From: Octopus bimaculoides
Lineage: Eukaryota
Reading direction: 5' to 3'
NCBI RefSeq assembly: GCF_001194135.2
Contig: NC_068984.1
Span: forward strand, 4,539,464 to 4,602,727
DNA: 63,264 nt
How positions within the stretch are numbered: the first letter of the stretch is position 1; each line of letters opens with the position of its first letter. A program made the position numbers and the translations under genes. Of the stretch, positions 1 through 11,705 are shown piece after piece. The notes beneath the pieces are model-generated. The model was not told the DNA's origin and did no database searches. It worked only from the letters and a program-made list of their open reading frames with translations.

Positions 1-1074
1 AAGCACAAGGCTTGAAATTTTGGTGGAGAGAGTTAGTCGATTCCGTTCCCGATGCTTAACTGGTTCTTATTTTATCGACGCCGAAAGGATTGTCGCAAGA
101 ATATCTGGCAGCCCAACCAGGACCACAGCTGATGAAACTATACCGCCTTTTTGACTCTGGGTCAATGAAAATTAAGTGACAAAAAAATAAAATAATAAAT
201 TAACCTCAAAACATTTTGATGCCGGATAACGGCGTAAAAATGAAACAATTTATGTCAATATTGCAGGCTTTATACGTTAAAATATGTCCGAATGATGAAA
301 ATTGACGGCGTTCACAAAATCATCCCGAGAGACAAGAAAATTCTACACTTTGTTTGCCTAGTTACATTTTAGGATTATAACATGCCATTTAAATACTATT
401 TTGTAATAAACACACACACACACACACACACAATGTACGTGTGTGTGTGTGCATTTATTACAAAGTGCATAAATAGCATGATATAATTCCAAACTATGTA
501 ACAGTGTAAATAAGGTATAGAATTACGATTTTTGTTCAAATTCCTTCCTTGTGTTTGTTTAGCAAAACATTTCTGACGTTTTTTTGTCTTTTCAAGGAAA
601 TTCTGTCATTTAGAGGTTTGTTTGATTTAGAATACAAGCATTGTGATTTTAGTTTTAGGGAAGGATGGCGGGGAGCAATTTTTTTATTTTTTTTATTTAT
701 TTAGAGTTTCAATTCAATCAAACTGGATTTTAATTATTATAAACTGAAATCAATAACTTTAATCAAAATTTGATAAAAAAAAAAATTGTTTTCTATTTGT
801 TTTCAATTGAAACTTCGAATTTCAATTGATTTTTATTCTTTCTTTAATCGAATACAATTTTGAATTTATTGAACTTCAACGCTGTTCATGCCTCAAAGGT
901 GGCTGTGAATCAGGGAGTGTGATCCCTAAAAGGGGCAGAGCTTCCAGGGTTACTGATAACGAGACACAAACTGGGACTTAATCAACCCCGGTTGGATCCC
1001 GTGAGTGAAGATGTGTGGTTGTTGAAAGACTGGGAACATCTAATGACCCCCACCCCCCAAGAAACATCACTAAT

Positions 1075-1280
1075 AATCCGTTCTACTATAGGAACAAGGC
1101 CGGAAATTTGGGGGAGGGGAATAGTCGATTACATTGACTCCAGTGCATAACTGGTACTTTGTTTATCAAGCCCGAAAGGATGAAAGGCAAAGTCGACCTC
1201 TGCGGAATTTGAACTTAGAACGTAGCAGCAAAGCATTTCGCCCGGCGTGCTAACGACTCGGCCAGCTCGCCGCCTTTGCA
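1075..1280 (-). mobile_element. tRNA-derived SINE family A (tail variant 1), near full length
   Basis: Reverse complement reads GGCGGCGAGCTGGC...GTTAGCACGCCGGGCGAAATGC...AGTTCAAATTCC (A/B-box-like head), then body GACTTTGCCTTTCATCCTTTCGGG...AAGTACCAG. About 14 copies or fragments in the window: 1-90, 1760-1850, 3655-3880, 6945-7110, 15040-15245, 16195-16395, 16630-16840, 38985-39215, 39235-39457, 52780-52905, 54568-54785, 54787-54950, 55835-56040. Confidence 0.85.
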
Positions 1281-1849
1281 GCATCACTAACACTGTGTCC
1301 AGCCGCATTGCAGGATAATTAATTTGATCCCTTCTTCATATTTCAGTTGACGAAAATGTTTCGGGCACTTTCATTTGAAATTTCAAACCCAAAACAAAGA
1401 CAATAATTAAAAATAAAATGCAACTCTGCCCTAAACATAAAACTAAATTCCCAACGTTAATTTGCATTAAATAAAGATGGTTTTCATTGACTCACCAATC
1501 CTAAGCTCCAATCTACCGCAGATTATTTATTAGAACAATTACTTTGAAACTAAATACTGAACTGATATGAGGAACTAACCAACGACTGACTGACACTGAA
1601 ATATTGTCGGTCCGTCTGTCCGTCCATTTGTCTGACGCATTTGAACAGCAACCCTAACTCTTCTGTCAACTGTACAGAAACTGGAATTGAGTCTGTGGCC
1701 CAGTAACAGATCGGAAAAGGATATAACTTTGAGTAACACCAAATAAATAATAATAACAATCCTTTCTACTAAGGGCACAAGGCCTGGGGGGGGGGGTAGT
1801 CGATTACATCGACCCCAGTGCATAACTAGTACTTATATCATCGACCCAT

Positions 1850-2080
1850 ACTCGGATTCGTCCCACACGCGATGACAGCGGCTCCACAAGTCAGTGATAT
1901 TCGGACACTGCACGAGTGCGTGCAGAACGGTTTCGTCGCTCAGCGAGCATCTAGGACAGTCCTGCCTGACTGTTCTCCTATGCCTGTAGGGCTTATCTTA
2001 AATTGGCAGTATTCCTCGATAGCAATGCCAGGCCAAGGATTTCTAGGAGTTATCCATAGTAGTACGGGCCCGAAATTGTA
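1850..2080 (-). mobile_element. L1/Tx1-clade LINE ORF2 C-terminal relic (zf-RVT CCHC knuckle)
   Basis: Hand translation: SLAWHCYRGILPI*DKPYRHRRTVRQDCPRCSLSDETVLHALVQCPNITDLW. Contains C-x2-C-x8-H-x4-C and in-frame stops. Confidence 0.75.
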
Positions 2081-2138
2081 CACTTTTTACAAGTACTTTA
2101 TTTCCTTTGTCGTAAATTAGGCCCACAAGAAGCAGCGT

Positions 2139-2231
2139 ACTGTAATCCCTTGACTATCACGGGTGTTATGTTTCAAAAAAACCCGCGATAGGTGAAAATC
2201 CGCCAAGTAGAAACAGTACTGTACTGTATGT

Positions 2232-2294
<63 letters not shown>

Positions 2295-2420
2295 AAATAT
2301 ATATATAATTTATCTATATTTATTTTATTATAAATGCAAAACAATAGCACGGAGGAATGGACGTATGCTTAAATAATAAACCGCGATAAGTGAACCGTAA
2401 TATGGCGAGGTATTAGTGTA
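2139..2420. mobile_element. pogo/Tigger-like MITE with internal (CA)n(TA)n microsatellite
   Basis: Degenerate inverted termini CTGTAATCCCTTGACTATCACGG and CCGTAATATGGCGAGGTATTAG, both with TA context. Confidence 0.45.
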
Positions 2421-2539
2421 TATAGATATCGAAATTACATCTGAGAACCAAAAAAAACAGGTAAGGATCGAGTATATTCACCGATATTCAATTATCTTAA
2501 AAGACTTTTCTCGGTGTCATGTTAGAGAGGAAATGGATA

Positions 2540-3020
2540 TCATTCCAAAGAATTGGAACAGTTAAAATTTCCATTAAACAGCTCAGTTCCCGAAAAGGCC
2601 ACAGGAATTGATACTTTACCATCTGAAGAAATTAAGTATGGCGGTGATGTGATAAGTGAGCTTGTGACAACATTGACAGTGAAAATGTGAAATGGTTTAC
2701 CAGTTTCATTTGAAAGATGCCAAGCTGTTCGATGGAATATGTGTCAAGCATTTCTGATGACGTCATCACATCTTTGGTATATTCTCTCAGGCATAGATGC
2801 CAAAATCTTCGAAAGGTTCCACTAGAAACGTTTAAAGCAGAATATTTAACAACGGCTGAAAACCTTTTACACCTGACACAGCACAACTGGAAAAGGGAAG
2901 GACTGTCTCGGTTATGGAAGCTCGCCTTGTCAAGTCTCATCCGCATTGATTTGATCATATCTGTCTCCATGATGTCAGGCACGTGGAACTTCTTAGCGAA
3001 TTACATCTGGGTAAAGTTCC
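2540..3020 (+). mobile_element. Decayed RTE-clade LINE reverse transcriptase fragment
   Basis: Across frameshifts: KATGIDTLPSEEIKYGGDVISELVTTL, AKIFERF..RLKQ, and LHD..QARV...ITSG(VK)-like segments, collinear with RT domains 0-4. Confidence 0.55.
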
Positions 3021-3025
3021 CAGCA

Positions 3026-3026
3026 C

Positions 3027-3080
<54 letters not shown>

Positions 3081-3300
3081 GAGGGAAGGAGAGAAGAGAG
3101 AGAGATGATATAAAGAGAGAGAGGGGATATAAAGAGAGAGAGAGGGGATATAAAGAGAGAGAGAGGGGATATAAAGAGAGAGAGAGGGGATATAAAGAGA
3201 GAGAGAGGGGATATAAAGAGAGAGAGAGGAGGGAGGGAGAGAGATTGACGGACAGACAGGGGGAGAGACAGAAAGGTGGAGGGAGGGAGAAAATGGAATA
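3026..3300 (+). repeat. (GA)n tract with ~21-bp tandem unit TAAAGAGAGAGAGAGGGGATA (about 5 copies)
   Basis: Directly visible; produces the spurious ERERGYK repeat in ORF 2717..3301. Confidence 0.9.
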
Positions 3301-3654
3301 AATAAAACGAATGGTGGATTTTAGAGAGAAAGCATTTTCAGCAAATTTAGAAAATCCAAATTCTTTCCGAAATAGGGAAAATTGTGATCTGAAAATTCCA
3401 AAATGTTCAGATTCCGTAAAGTAATGGATCAGAAGTGTCTGTGATTGCATTATGCTTTCGAAAGCCTGATGTTAGTTGTTAGTGAAGGGATATTACGCAA
3501 CGAGACACAAAACACAAATTGGTTCCCTACGTGTAGGTCTGGCTTCCGCAACGGAGTCTTCTGCCGTTGATGCTCAAAGATTCTGCTACGGAATCGAAAA
3601 TTCATTGTTGACGGCCATGAAAAAATTTTGTACTTCATTTTCCATAAGAAGATT

Positions 3655-3880
3655 CTTATTTCTTTATTGCCCACAGGGGGCTACACACAGAGGGGACAAA
3701 CAAGGACAGACAAAGGTATTAAGCCGATTACATCGACCTAAGTGCGTAGCTGGTACTTAATTTATCGACCTCGAAAGGATGAAAAGCAAAGTAGACTTCG
3801 GCGGAATTTGAACTCAGAACGTAACGGCAGACGAAATACCGCTAAGCATTTCGCCCGGCGTGCTAACGGTTCTGCCAGCT
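3655..3880 (-). mobile_element. SINE family A, tail variant 2
   Basis: Same head and body as 1075-1280, but ends (sense) in TTTGTCTGTCCTTGTTTGTCCCCTCTGTGTGTAGCCCCCTGTGGGCAATAAAG. Confidence 0.85.
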
Positions 3881-3899
3881 CGTGTGTGTGTGTGTGTGT

Positions 3900-3940
<41 letters not shown>

Positions 3941-5994
3941 ATTTATATTTGTGCAAGCGAGCTTGCACTTCTCTGCATATGTATAATTCCATATAAACTT
4001 TTAGCAATAATTTTATAACTCAAGGGAGATAACTCTTGCATAACTGCATTAAGAGTTATCTCTCACAATGCAAATGCCTCTCTCTTGAACTGTTTCTGCC
4101 ACTTGAGAAAGTTACTAGAATACCAATTTCTATATCCATAAACGTTTACTATTACTTTGAAATTAAGACCCACGAGGGCTTTTCGCCAGCGGCAGCTTAA
4201 GACTAGCATAGAACTAACGCATTTCGTTGCTTTTGTCTCATCTTTCCCTCCCAAGGTAGAGAGATACTGTAACGGGAAGATATTAAAAATATGAACAAAA
4301 TAAAACTAGACAACAGTTATTTCCATAAATGTCGGTTACAACTTCTTTACATGAACCGTTCATTTTTCGCACCGGAACACTGATTACGTGACTGCACCGT
4401 TTGAAACTATGACTAAATTATTGCCGAGCAATCAGATTTGTAGCTTCTGTTTTATGGATGAGATATGGCCAAACACAATGTCGATTATAATCTTGTACGT
4501 CAGAAAGAGAAAAACTGAATAGTGTTTGGGCCATCTGTGGCTTCTGTTCCTTCCTCCAGACTCAAACAAGTTAAAAAACACAAAGTGGAGCAGGAGAAGA
4601 GCTCAACAGATCGACAATTAATACAAATGGATGTGATTTTGTAGGTTTCTTTCTTATAACAATGTTCTGAGAATCAACAGAGCATAGAACGAAATATCCT
4701 GAAGTATTCATTCGGATTGTCTGTGCTCTGAATTGAAATCTCTCGTTGAAGTGAACTTTGTTTTTCATCCTTGCGCGATCGATACAAGGAAGTAGCAGTC
4801 GAGGGCGATGGATTGCGGATGTGATGGTGCACCTAAAGGACCTTGTGCGGTCTTGGTTCATCTATCACCCAGTTTTTAACTTCAGTATCAGGTCCGTAGG
4901 TGCCTTTTGCATAACAGATATTTAGAACTAACAATCTACACGACTTCGGTTTACGTATATATCATTATAAATTAGAATATAAGAAGAGAACCATGATGGA
5001 CAACTGGTTAAGGTACTCAGACAGATAACAGCTGACCGTACATTTGGTGAAATCCACTGATGGTGGTTGGTTGACTTTAAATGGAATTCTTCATATTGCC
5101 TCGTTTCATATACCTGTTGAAAATCGATACCAGATCGATTTGTTTGGGTCAGAGTTCATCAAACGTATCAGTCTGCTTTGCCACTGGCTCTCGACTATGG
5201 TTCTGATTACAACAGCCACAATGTACAACTACATCTCACTATGACTGAGTACTATTGAGGGATCTCTCTTTGAAAGGCAGTCTGTCTCTTATTCACTTTA
5301 TATAAATATATTTTTTGAATAGGCTAAACAGTATACAAGATGGGAAAACCTATTTCCTTCTTAACTGTGCTGTTCGCTTTGACATTTATCAAATGAAACA
5401 CAAACGCAAAAGTATACCCTGCCAATCTCACGAATTGTTCCACATCATCCTTCACTAGATCTGAGTGGTTGGCCTGTGCAACAGGAAGTGTTTTGTTTAT
5501 TGTGGGGACAGCCTAACACGTTGAGCATAGAAGGGGTTCACGATATTCAGGTTAACAGCTGTTCTGCTATCAAAATAGGGACTCAGCCTGTCCGCATGTG
5601 TCCACTTCTTTCTGCCGAGAAGACAGAAACTACGAACGATTTACACATTGTCACCAAGCAATGATTGAAATATTTCAATGAAAATGATTGAAATATTTCA
5701 ATGAAAGTGAAATCAGTTATGATTCAATCATTCTAAACTCATTTAATCACATCACCGTTGATGGATGATGGAACACCATTAATATTGTGTAGTTATCAAG
5801 GAAAGCACTGAGGGTAAATTTTCTGTACATGAGAGCGGCGGTTCGATAAGAGGTGGGGATTACTTTCCTTGACATCTTGAGACGGTTTTGATTCTGTTAG
5901 GACTTCTTCGCCTGATATCCAGTCACTCTGGGATAAATACAGTTTCCCAAGCTGTACGTACATGTATATAATAGTTGATATATGATATGGTAAA

Positions 5995-6369
5995 GGCGCA
6001 ATGGTCCAGTGGTTAGGGCAGCGGACTCGCGGTTGTAGGATCGTGGTTTCGATTCCCAGACCGAGCGTTGTGAGTGTTTATTGAGCGGAAATACCTAAAG
6101 CTCCACGAGGCTCCGGTAGGGGATGGTGGCGAACCCTGCTGTGTTCTTTCACCACAACTTTCTCTCACTCTTCCTTCCTGCTTCTGTTGTACCTGTATTT
6201 CAAAGAGGCCAACCTTGTCACACTCTATGTCACACTGAATCTCCCCGAGAACTACGCTAAGGGTACACGTGTCTGTGGAGTGTCAGTTACTTGCACGTTA
6301 ATTTCACGAGCAGGCTGTTCCGTTGATCAGATCAACTGGAACCTCGTCGTTGTAACCAACGGAGTGCCA
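5995..6369 (+). mobile_element. tRNA-derived SINE family C, full length
   Basis: Head GGCGCAATGGTCCAGTGGTTAGGG (A box) and GGTTTCGATTCC (B box). The ~370-bp body recurs at 27829-28179 (+) and partially at 30270-30460 (-). Confidence 0.85.
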
Positions 6370-6944
6370 CGACGATATATGATATGACTGAATATAACAC
6401 TGTGTAACATGATTTTAGTCCTTGGCTACCAACTATTATTTCCTATTTGCTGACTCCTACAAAGTATGAAAATAGTTAATATTTCTTTCAAAATTTGCTT
6501 TTGTTACATTTTTTCAAACCCTAAAGAATCTCTCTTAATACATAGCTATGATGCTCCCCCACCAACTCCTGCTCATTATGAGAGATGTGGTTGGGAAGAA
6601 AGCTTCTTACCACACAGCCGCGTCTGCGCCAACAGAAGCGAAAGAAGTTTATATATATAAAAAAAGAAAAACACTGAGTAAACCTCCAAAAGACATTGAA
6701 TTTGAATGAATGTAGGGAAAAGCTCTGCGATCACTGGACCCGCTCGAAATGATATTGTTCAAGTTATAGTCTAGAGATTTAAGAGGGGAAAGGGGCCCAC
6801 ACGATCAAATAGTTTTAGATGTACAGAATAAAAAAAGGAAAAACATCAGGAGTTTCATTACTGAAAAAATATTAAGTTCTGGATCTGCTGGATCAGAACT
6901 GAAGCTGGATCAGGACAAACCAATGACGACTTCAATATACGACG

Positions 6945-7110
6945 TTCTGAGTTCAAACTCCGCCGAGGTCGACTTTGCCTTTCATCCGTTCGGGGTCGAT
7001 TGAATAAGTACCAGTTATGCACTGGGGTCGATTCGATCGGCTTAAACCCTTTGTCTGTCCTTGTTTGTCCTCTCTATGTTTGGTCCCCTGTGGGCAATAA
7101 AGAAATAAAT
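6945..7110 (+). mobile_element. SINE family A, tail variant 2 (5'-truncated)
   Basis: GTTCTGAGTTCAAACTCCGCCGAGGTCGACTTTGCCTTTCATCC...GGGCAATAAAGAAAT. Confidence 0.85.
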
Positions 7111-8244
7111 ATACGACGGGAGTAGACGACGGACATGGTGAAACGGAGAAGGAGAGCGAGGTGCAGCCATTTATGTTAGCAGCGGCAAAACTGGGAAATT
7201 AGGCTCAGAAAATGGAAGCCAAATTAATTATATTTTAACAAAAACCATTCACTATCTTACTCTTTCTTTCCTTCTCTCTCTCTCTCTTTCTGCCTCTCTC
7301 TTTTTTTCTTTCGCTAATACCAATTCTAATTTTAATTGTCGAAGGGAAATAACTATTCAATCACACAAAACATGCAAGAGTTCCTTCCCTTTGATTCGAT
7401 TGATGCCTTTAGGAATATACAATTATCTGATGATATGTTGTATGTACAACATATTGTATGTACGGTGTATATATAAGCATGCACACATACTTACATACAT
7501 ACATATAGTTACTTTACCCAGATTACAAATTCATTAATATTTGTTATTATTGGGGTACTACCCAAATACCAATCTTGAGAAATACCAATCTTCTCAAAAT
7601 TAGAAGGGAGAAAGCTTATTAAAAGTTTATAGATTCAAGTCATCAATGAAACTGTCAAAAGAAATAAAACTTACCAGAAGTTTCATATTTAAGTATATAG
7701 GCGCATATCTTGACATGCAACTCTACGAGGCAGGGCTGTGAAGTTGATAGGCAAACCACGAAGGAGTGTGAAGTCTTGCGTGCATTCATTTCAAATCCTT
7801 TTATAAATAACTACACTGTTTCTTTCACGGTAAACTGACATCTGACTGTTCAAAGAAGACTTCAAAAGTAACTTGTAGCGACTTCTCTTGAAAATCGACA
7901 AAATTTGACGTCGTTGTGTTATCAAGATTTTGCTGCTTTAAATGGAATTCATAATTTATTACCGATTTCATAGACATCATCAAAAACCTGTACATATTTT
8001 CCTTGATGAATTCTACAAACAAGAACAACCGTTCTCACTTAGCTTCATTGATCCGAGAGTAGCTTTCACTGAGGAGACATAACCAGTTCGAAACACTGCT
8101 GTCCCTAAGTTTCCATATGTCAATGAATCGAGTGTTTTGTCAATACTTCTATGAACAGAGAAATTATTCTCCAAATATTTTCGAAATCCAACAGCGATTA
8201 ACATATTCATTCCTCAAATCTGACAGAACTTATTACGAATGACT

Positions 8245-8365
8245 ATATACTAGTGCCATGTAATAAGTACCCAGTATACTCTGTAACGTGATTGGCATTA
8301 GGAAGGGGATCCAGACGTAGAAACCGTTCCAAAGCTGACGGAAGAGCTTGGAAACATTGAAGTCT
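8245..8365 (-). mobile_element. RTE LINE 3'-UTR fragment
   Basis: Plus strand is the reverse complement of TTTCTACG.CTGGAT.CCCTTCCTAATGCCAA; homologous to the 3' UTR at 49300-49460. Confidence 0.65.
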
Positions 8366-8614
8366 TAGTGAGTCATCCATGGTTTGGTGTTCAAAGTCAA
8401 ATTTGATGTCGTTGTGGATGCTGTTGAAGATCTCGTGGATCCTAATGGCTTCATCTCTGGAGCGGGTAAGTACAAAGGCGTCATCAATGCATTTTCGATA
8501 CAGCATGATGTGTAGTTCTTCGTGGAGGGTCTTGCGTTCTAGGTCGTCCAAAGTAAGAGTGGCCAGAATCCCGCTAAGTCTAGATCTCAATGGGAGGCGA
8601 TTGCGCTCTCGGTA
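8366..8614 (-). mobile_element. Penelope-like element (PLE) reverse transcriptase relic
   Basis: YRERNRLPLRSRLSGILATLTLDDLE (YRQ.NGLPMGSPLS-like), LYRKCIDDAF (YVDD-like) and IFNSIHNDIKFDFEH..DDSL (FN..HP.IKFT.E.E.D.SL-like): the PLE RT domain 4-7 signature. Confidence 0.75.
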
Positions 8615-8761
8615 CGTAATTTTTTTTTTTTTTTCCTTTTTATCTGAAATAAGTGTTGAGAGTGCAGAATTCAAGGGCGGATCTGAGGTTGGCTAGTGGG
8701 AAGTCAGCTGCCAGCTTCTGACCCTTTTCTAGGCGTTTTTTGCTGNNNNNNNNNNNNNNNN

Positions 8762-8808
<47 letters not shown>

Positions 8809-8834
8809 CATACATACACACATACATACATACA

Positions 8835-8866
<32 letters not shown>

Positions 8867-8957
8867 CACACATACATATATATACACACACACACATACA
8901 TGTGTGCGTACGTATGTATGTGTATGTATTATGTGTGTGTGTATGCATGCTTGTGAG

Positions 8958-8988
<31 letters not shown>

Positions 8989-9009
8989 ACACATATTTAT
9001 ATATATATA
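8762..9009. repeat. (TA)n/(TACA)n/(TG)n compound microsatellite
   Basis: Directly visible, abutting an N gap. Confidence 0.95.
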
Positions 9010-9938
9010 CTGGTGTGATCAATAAGTATCCGGACTGTTGCCATAGTAACGAAGCTAAAGCACGCAGTGTAAAGCCGCTTGACACAGATTGACCTTAAAC
9101 TCTGGTGTGCATGCGCACTAAGTTTTAACGTTCTAGCTCACTTCCGCTGTTTACAGCAGTGCTTGGACGGAAGGTATGTAGCGTGTGATCGTCGCATTGA
9201 CCATGACAGAGANNNNNNNNNNCGCTGTTTACAGCAGTGCTTGGACGGAAGGTATGTAGCGTGTGATCGTCGCATTGACCATGACAGAGAAAGTTGAGCA
9301 GAGAATCTGCATCAAATTTTGTCAAAAGCTCTGAGCGATACCTGCTCAGTGGCCTACGCAACGTTTTCAAAAAGTTTTCATCGTTCTCAACACAATCAAG
9401 ATCTTGTCCAACTGAAAACCCGAGTGTCTTTTTGGTCAGATGAAAGCAGTTTTGGCACAAACTTGGCAGACACACGTCTCATACCCAAATCTTCAGTGAT
9501 AATGGACTGAACTGAACCATACCTAATCTGCACATCCTCTGATAAATCACAGATAGTAATTCGACGATTTCCCTTTTCAGTTACACGTACATCTACGATG
9601 TTCTTCTCAGTTCTGTTGGTTGCGGGTCTCTCAGAACGTTCATCAGTATCGACATTTTTTCGGCCATTTTGGAAATGTCTGAATATTTGTGAGCAGCTCA
9701 TACACTCCTCTCCATACACTTTCGGCAACTTTGCGTAGCCATGACAACTTTCTCTGTCATGGTCAATGCGACGATCACACGTTACACATGTTACTTCCAA
9801 GCATTGCTGTAAACAGGGGAAATGAACTAGAACGTTAAACTTAGTTGCATGCACAGCAGAGGTTAAGGTCAATCTGTGCCAAGCGGCTTCAGCTTTGTTA
9901 CCATAGCAACAGTCTGGATACTTATTGATCAGACCTCG
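9010..9938. mobile_element. Fold-back mariner derivative made of two inverted 5' halves (irritans/Hsmar2-like transposase)
   Basis: TA-flanked inverted termini C(G)AGGTCTGATCAATAAGTATCC(A/G)GACTG. The + arm encodes MTEKVEQRICIKFCQK from 9281. The - arm starts ATG at 9760 and encodes KVYGEECMS..ERSERP..RRIT..LGMRRVSAKFVPKLL (WVP-like motif). Confidence 0.85.
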
Positions 9939-9974
<36 letters not shown>

Positions 9975-10604
9975 TACTAGCTGACGTACCCCGTAATTCC
10001 CGGGAAAGCGGGGCTTATCCCTTGGTTCCGTTCTCATAACTGTTTCGCTAATCCAATAACAACGATACAAAGTACGTAACCCTTAAAACGGTTTTGTGCC
10101 TTTACAGAGATTCCCACCCTCCGTGAAAATAGTTATGTATGCATGTTAACAGAGGATGTAGACGAGGAACTAATAAATGAGCTAACAAGATGGAAGACAG
10201 CAAAATTTGTGGATGTAGAGGGATACACTAATGTTGTGGGTTGGCACATGTGTGTGTTGGTGTGTCTCAGAGCCAGAAGGAAGTGATTGCAAAATATAAG
10301 AAAAGGTTATAAGTATTGGAAGACTGATGCGAACCTGAAAAGGATACCGGTAAAAGTAGGATATGTGGAACTGAGAGAAGAATTCGGATTGGACGTTTTG
10401 AAGGACTCGGGATTCTAAAGGAAGTAAGTGTTGCTGCTAGAAGTGGGGCTAGCAGCAGCCCATTTTCATGTATCATTCATGTTTTAATTTTATTTTAACT
10501 TTATTTTTTCGTGTTATGTGTCCCTACATGTTTTTGTATTGTCCCCTCTATGTCGGCCCCTTGTGGGTGATTTAAAATTTTACCTTATTCTTAGTGCAAG
10601 TTTT

Positions 10605-11705
10605 GAAGAGTGCAGTTCGATTTTAATAGTTATTTTTTCAATGAAAGTGACAAAGGAGCATATTCGACATATTTTACTTTATGAGTTCAATAAAGGCAAC
10701 AACGCAACAGAAAATGCAAGGAATATTAATGCAGTATATGAGGATCGGACAATAAGCATAAGCCAGTGTCAACGTTGGTTCCAGAAATTCCGAGCCGGAA
10801 ACTACAGCCTGGAAGGTTTGTAGAGCTCGATGAGAACGTCCTGCAAACCCTGGTAGAAAAAATCTCATTGTAACTGTTGAGGAACTAGCAGAGAAGCTTG
10901 GATTCGGTCATTCAACACCATCGACACCTACGTGCCATCGGAAAAGTCAGCAAATTGGGTCAAAGGGTAATTTAATCGCGCGCAGAGAGTGAGTGTGTGC
11001 TCTTCTTTACTGTCACGTTTCACGAATAAACCTTTTATTTTCGACCGAACGAATAGTGACTGGTGACAAGAAATGGGTATTCTATAAAAATGTCAAGCTC
11101 CGAAGACAGGGAGAGGAGAAACACTGGCACCCCAGGCTAAAGGGCTTCACCCACGTAAGGCGTTGTTACCTGTTTGGTGGGACATGAAAGGTTTAGTCCA
11201 CTTTCAACTTTTAAACCCTAACCAAACGATAACAAAGGAGATCTACTGTGAGCAGCTTGAGTGGCTTTAGTCAACATTAGAAGAAAAACGACCATCTTTG
11301 GTTTCTAGTTGAAAGGTGTTCTTCCATCAGGATAATGCTCGGCCACATGCAGTGAGGATGACATTCCAAAGGTTGGAGCAGTTTGAATGGGAAACGATGC
11401 CCCACCCACCATATTTGCCGGACATTGCCCCATCTGATTATCCCTTCTTCCGCAGTCTTCAAAATCATTTGGACAGCAAAAATATGAATTCTGTAGATGA
11501 GGTCATAACAGTACTGGACGAGTATTTTTCGTCACGGACAAGTGAATTTTAGAAAAAGGGCCTTGCAAATCTACCAGATAAATGGAAGAGCATTGTAGAA
11601 AATAAAGGAGAGTATATTTTAGATTAAAAAAGAACTCTGTTTATCTTAATTTTGAATAATAAAAGAAGTATTTTAAAAAACCGCATTAGTTATGGGATGA
11701 CCCAA
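10605..11705 (+). mobile_element. Mariner (DD34D) transposon, frameshifted, 5' TIR lost
   Basis: MKVTKEHIRHILLYEFNKG (ATG 10641), IVTGDKKW, and HQDNARPH-...-HPPYLPDIAPSDY with exactly 34 residues between the last two Asp. Stop at 11625-11627; 3' TIR ...TTATGGGATGACCCAA followed by TA. Confidence 0.92.

Noticed and set aside
1925-1960. Hammerhead-like CTAGATGCTCGCTGAGCGACGAAAC on the minus strand
   Set aside because: Core is not CUGANGA, and the bases are fully explained as codons of the L1/Tx1 CPRCSLSDET knuckle.
2717-3301. 194-aa ORF with ER/GYK repeats and its antisense 149-aa ORF
   Set aside because: Chimera of a decayed RTE fragment and a GA microsatellite.
4350-5660. Unique, moderately GC-rich blocks with short ORFs (4571..4861, 5044..5244, 5476..5664)
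   Set aside because: No recognisable domain or consistent splice-site pair; possibly old TE debris, cannot be called.
5995-6065. tRNA-like sequences at SINE heads (also 27829, 49831, 54568, 57429, 59020)
   Set aside because: A/B boxes are present but there is no complete cloverleaf, and each continues into a repeat body; SINE heads, not tRNA genes.
8640-9085. Multiple IY/TH/CV-rich ORFs (also 12388-12757, 35802-36183, 43562-43991, 57376-58358)
   Set aside because: Stop-free translations of (TA)n/(CA)n microsatellites.
9145-9290. 68-bp direct repeat inside the mariner arm
   Set aside because: Identical copies either side of a 10-N gap; assembly overlap artefact.
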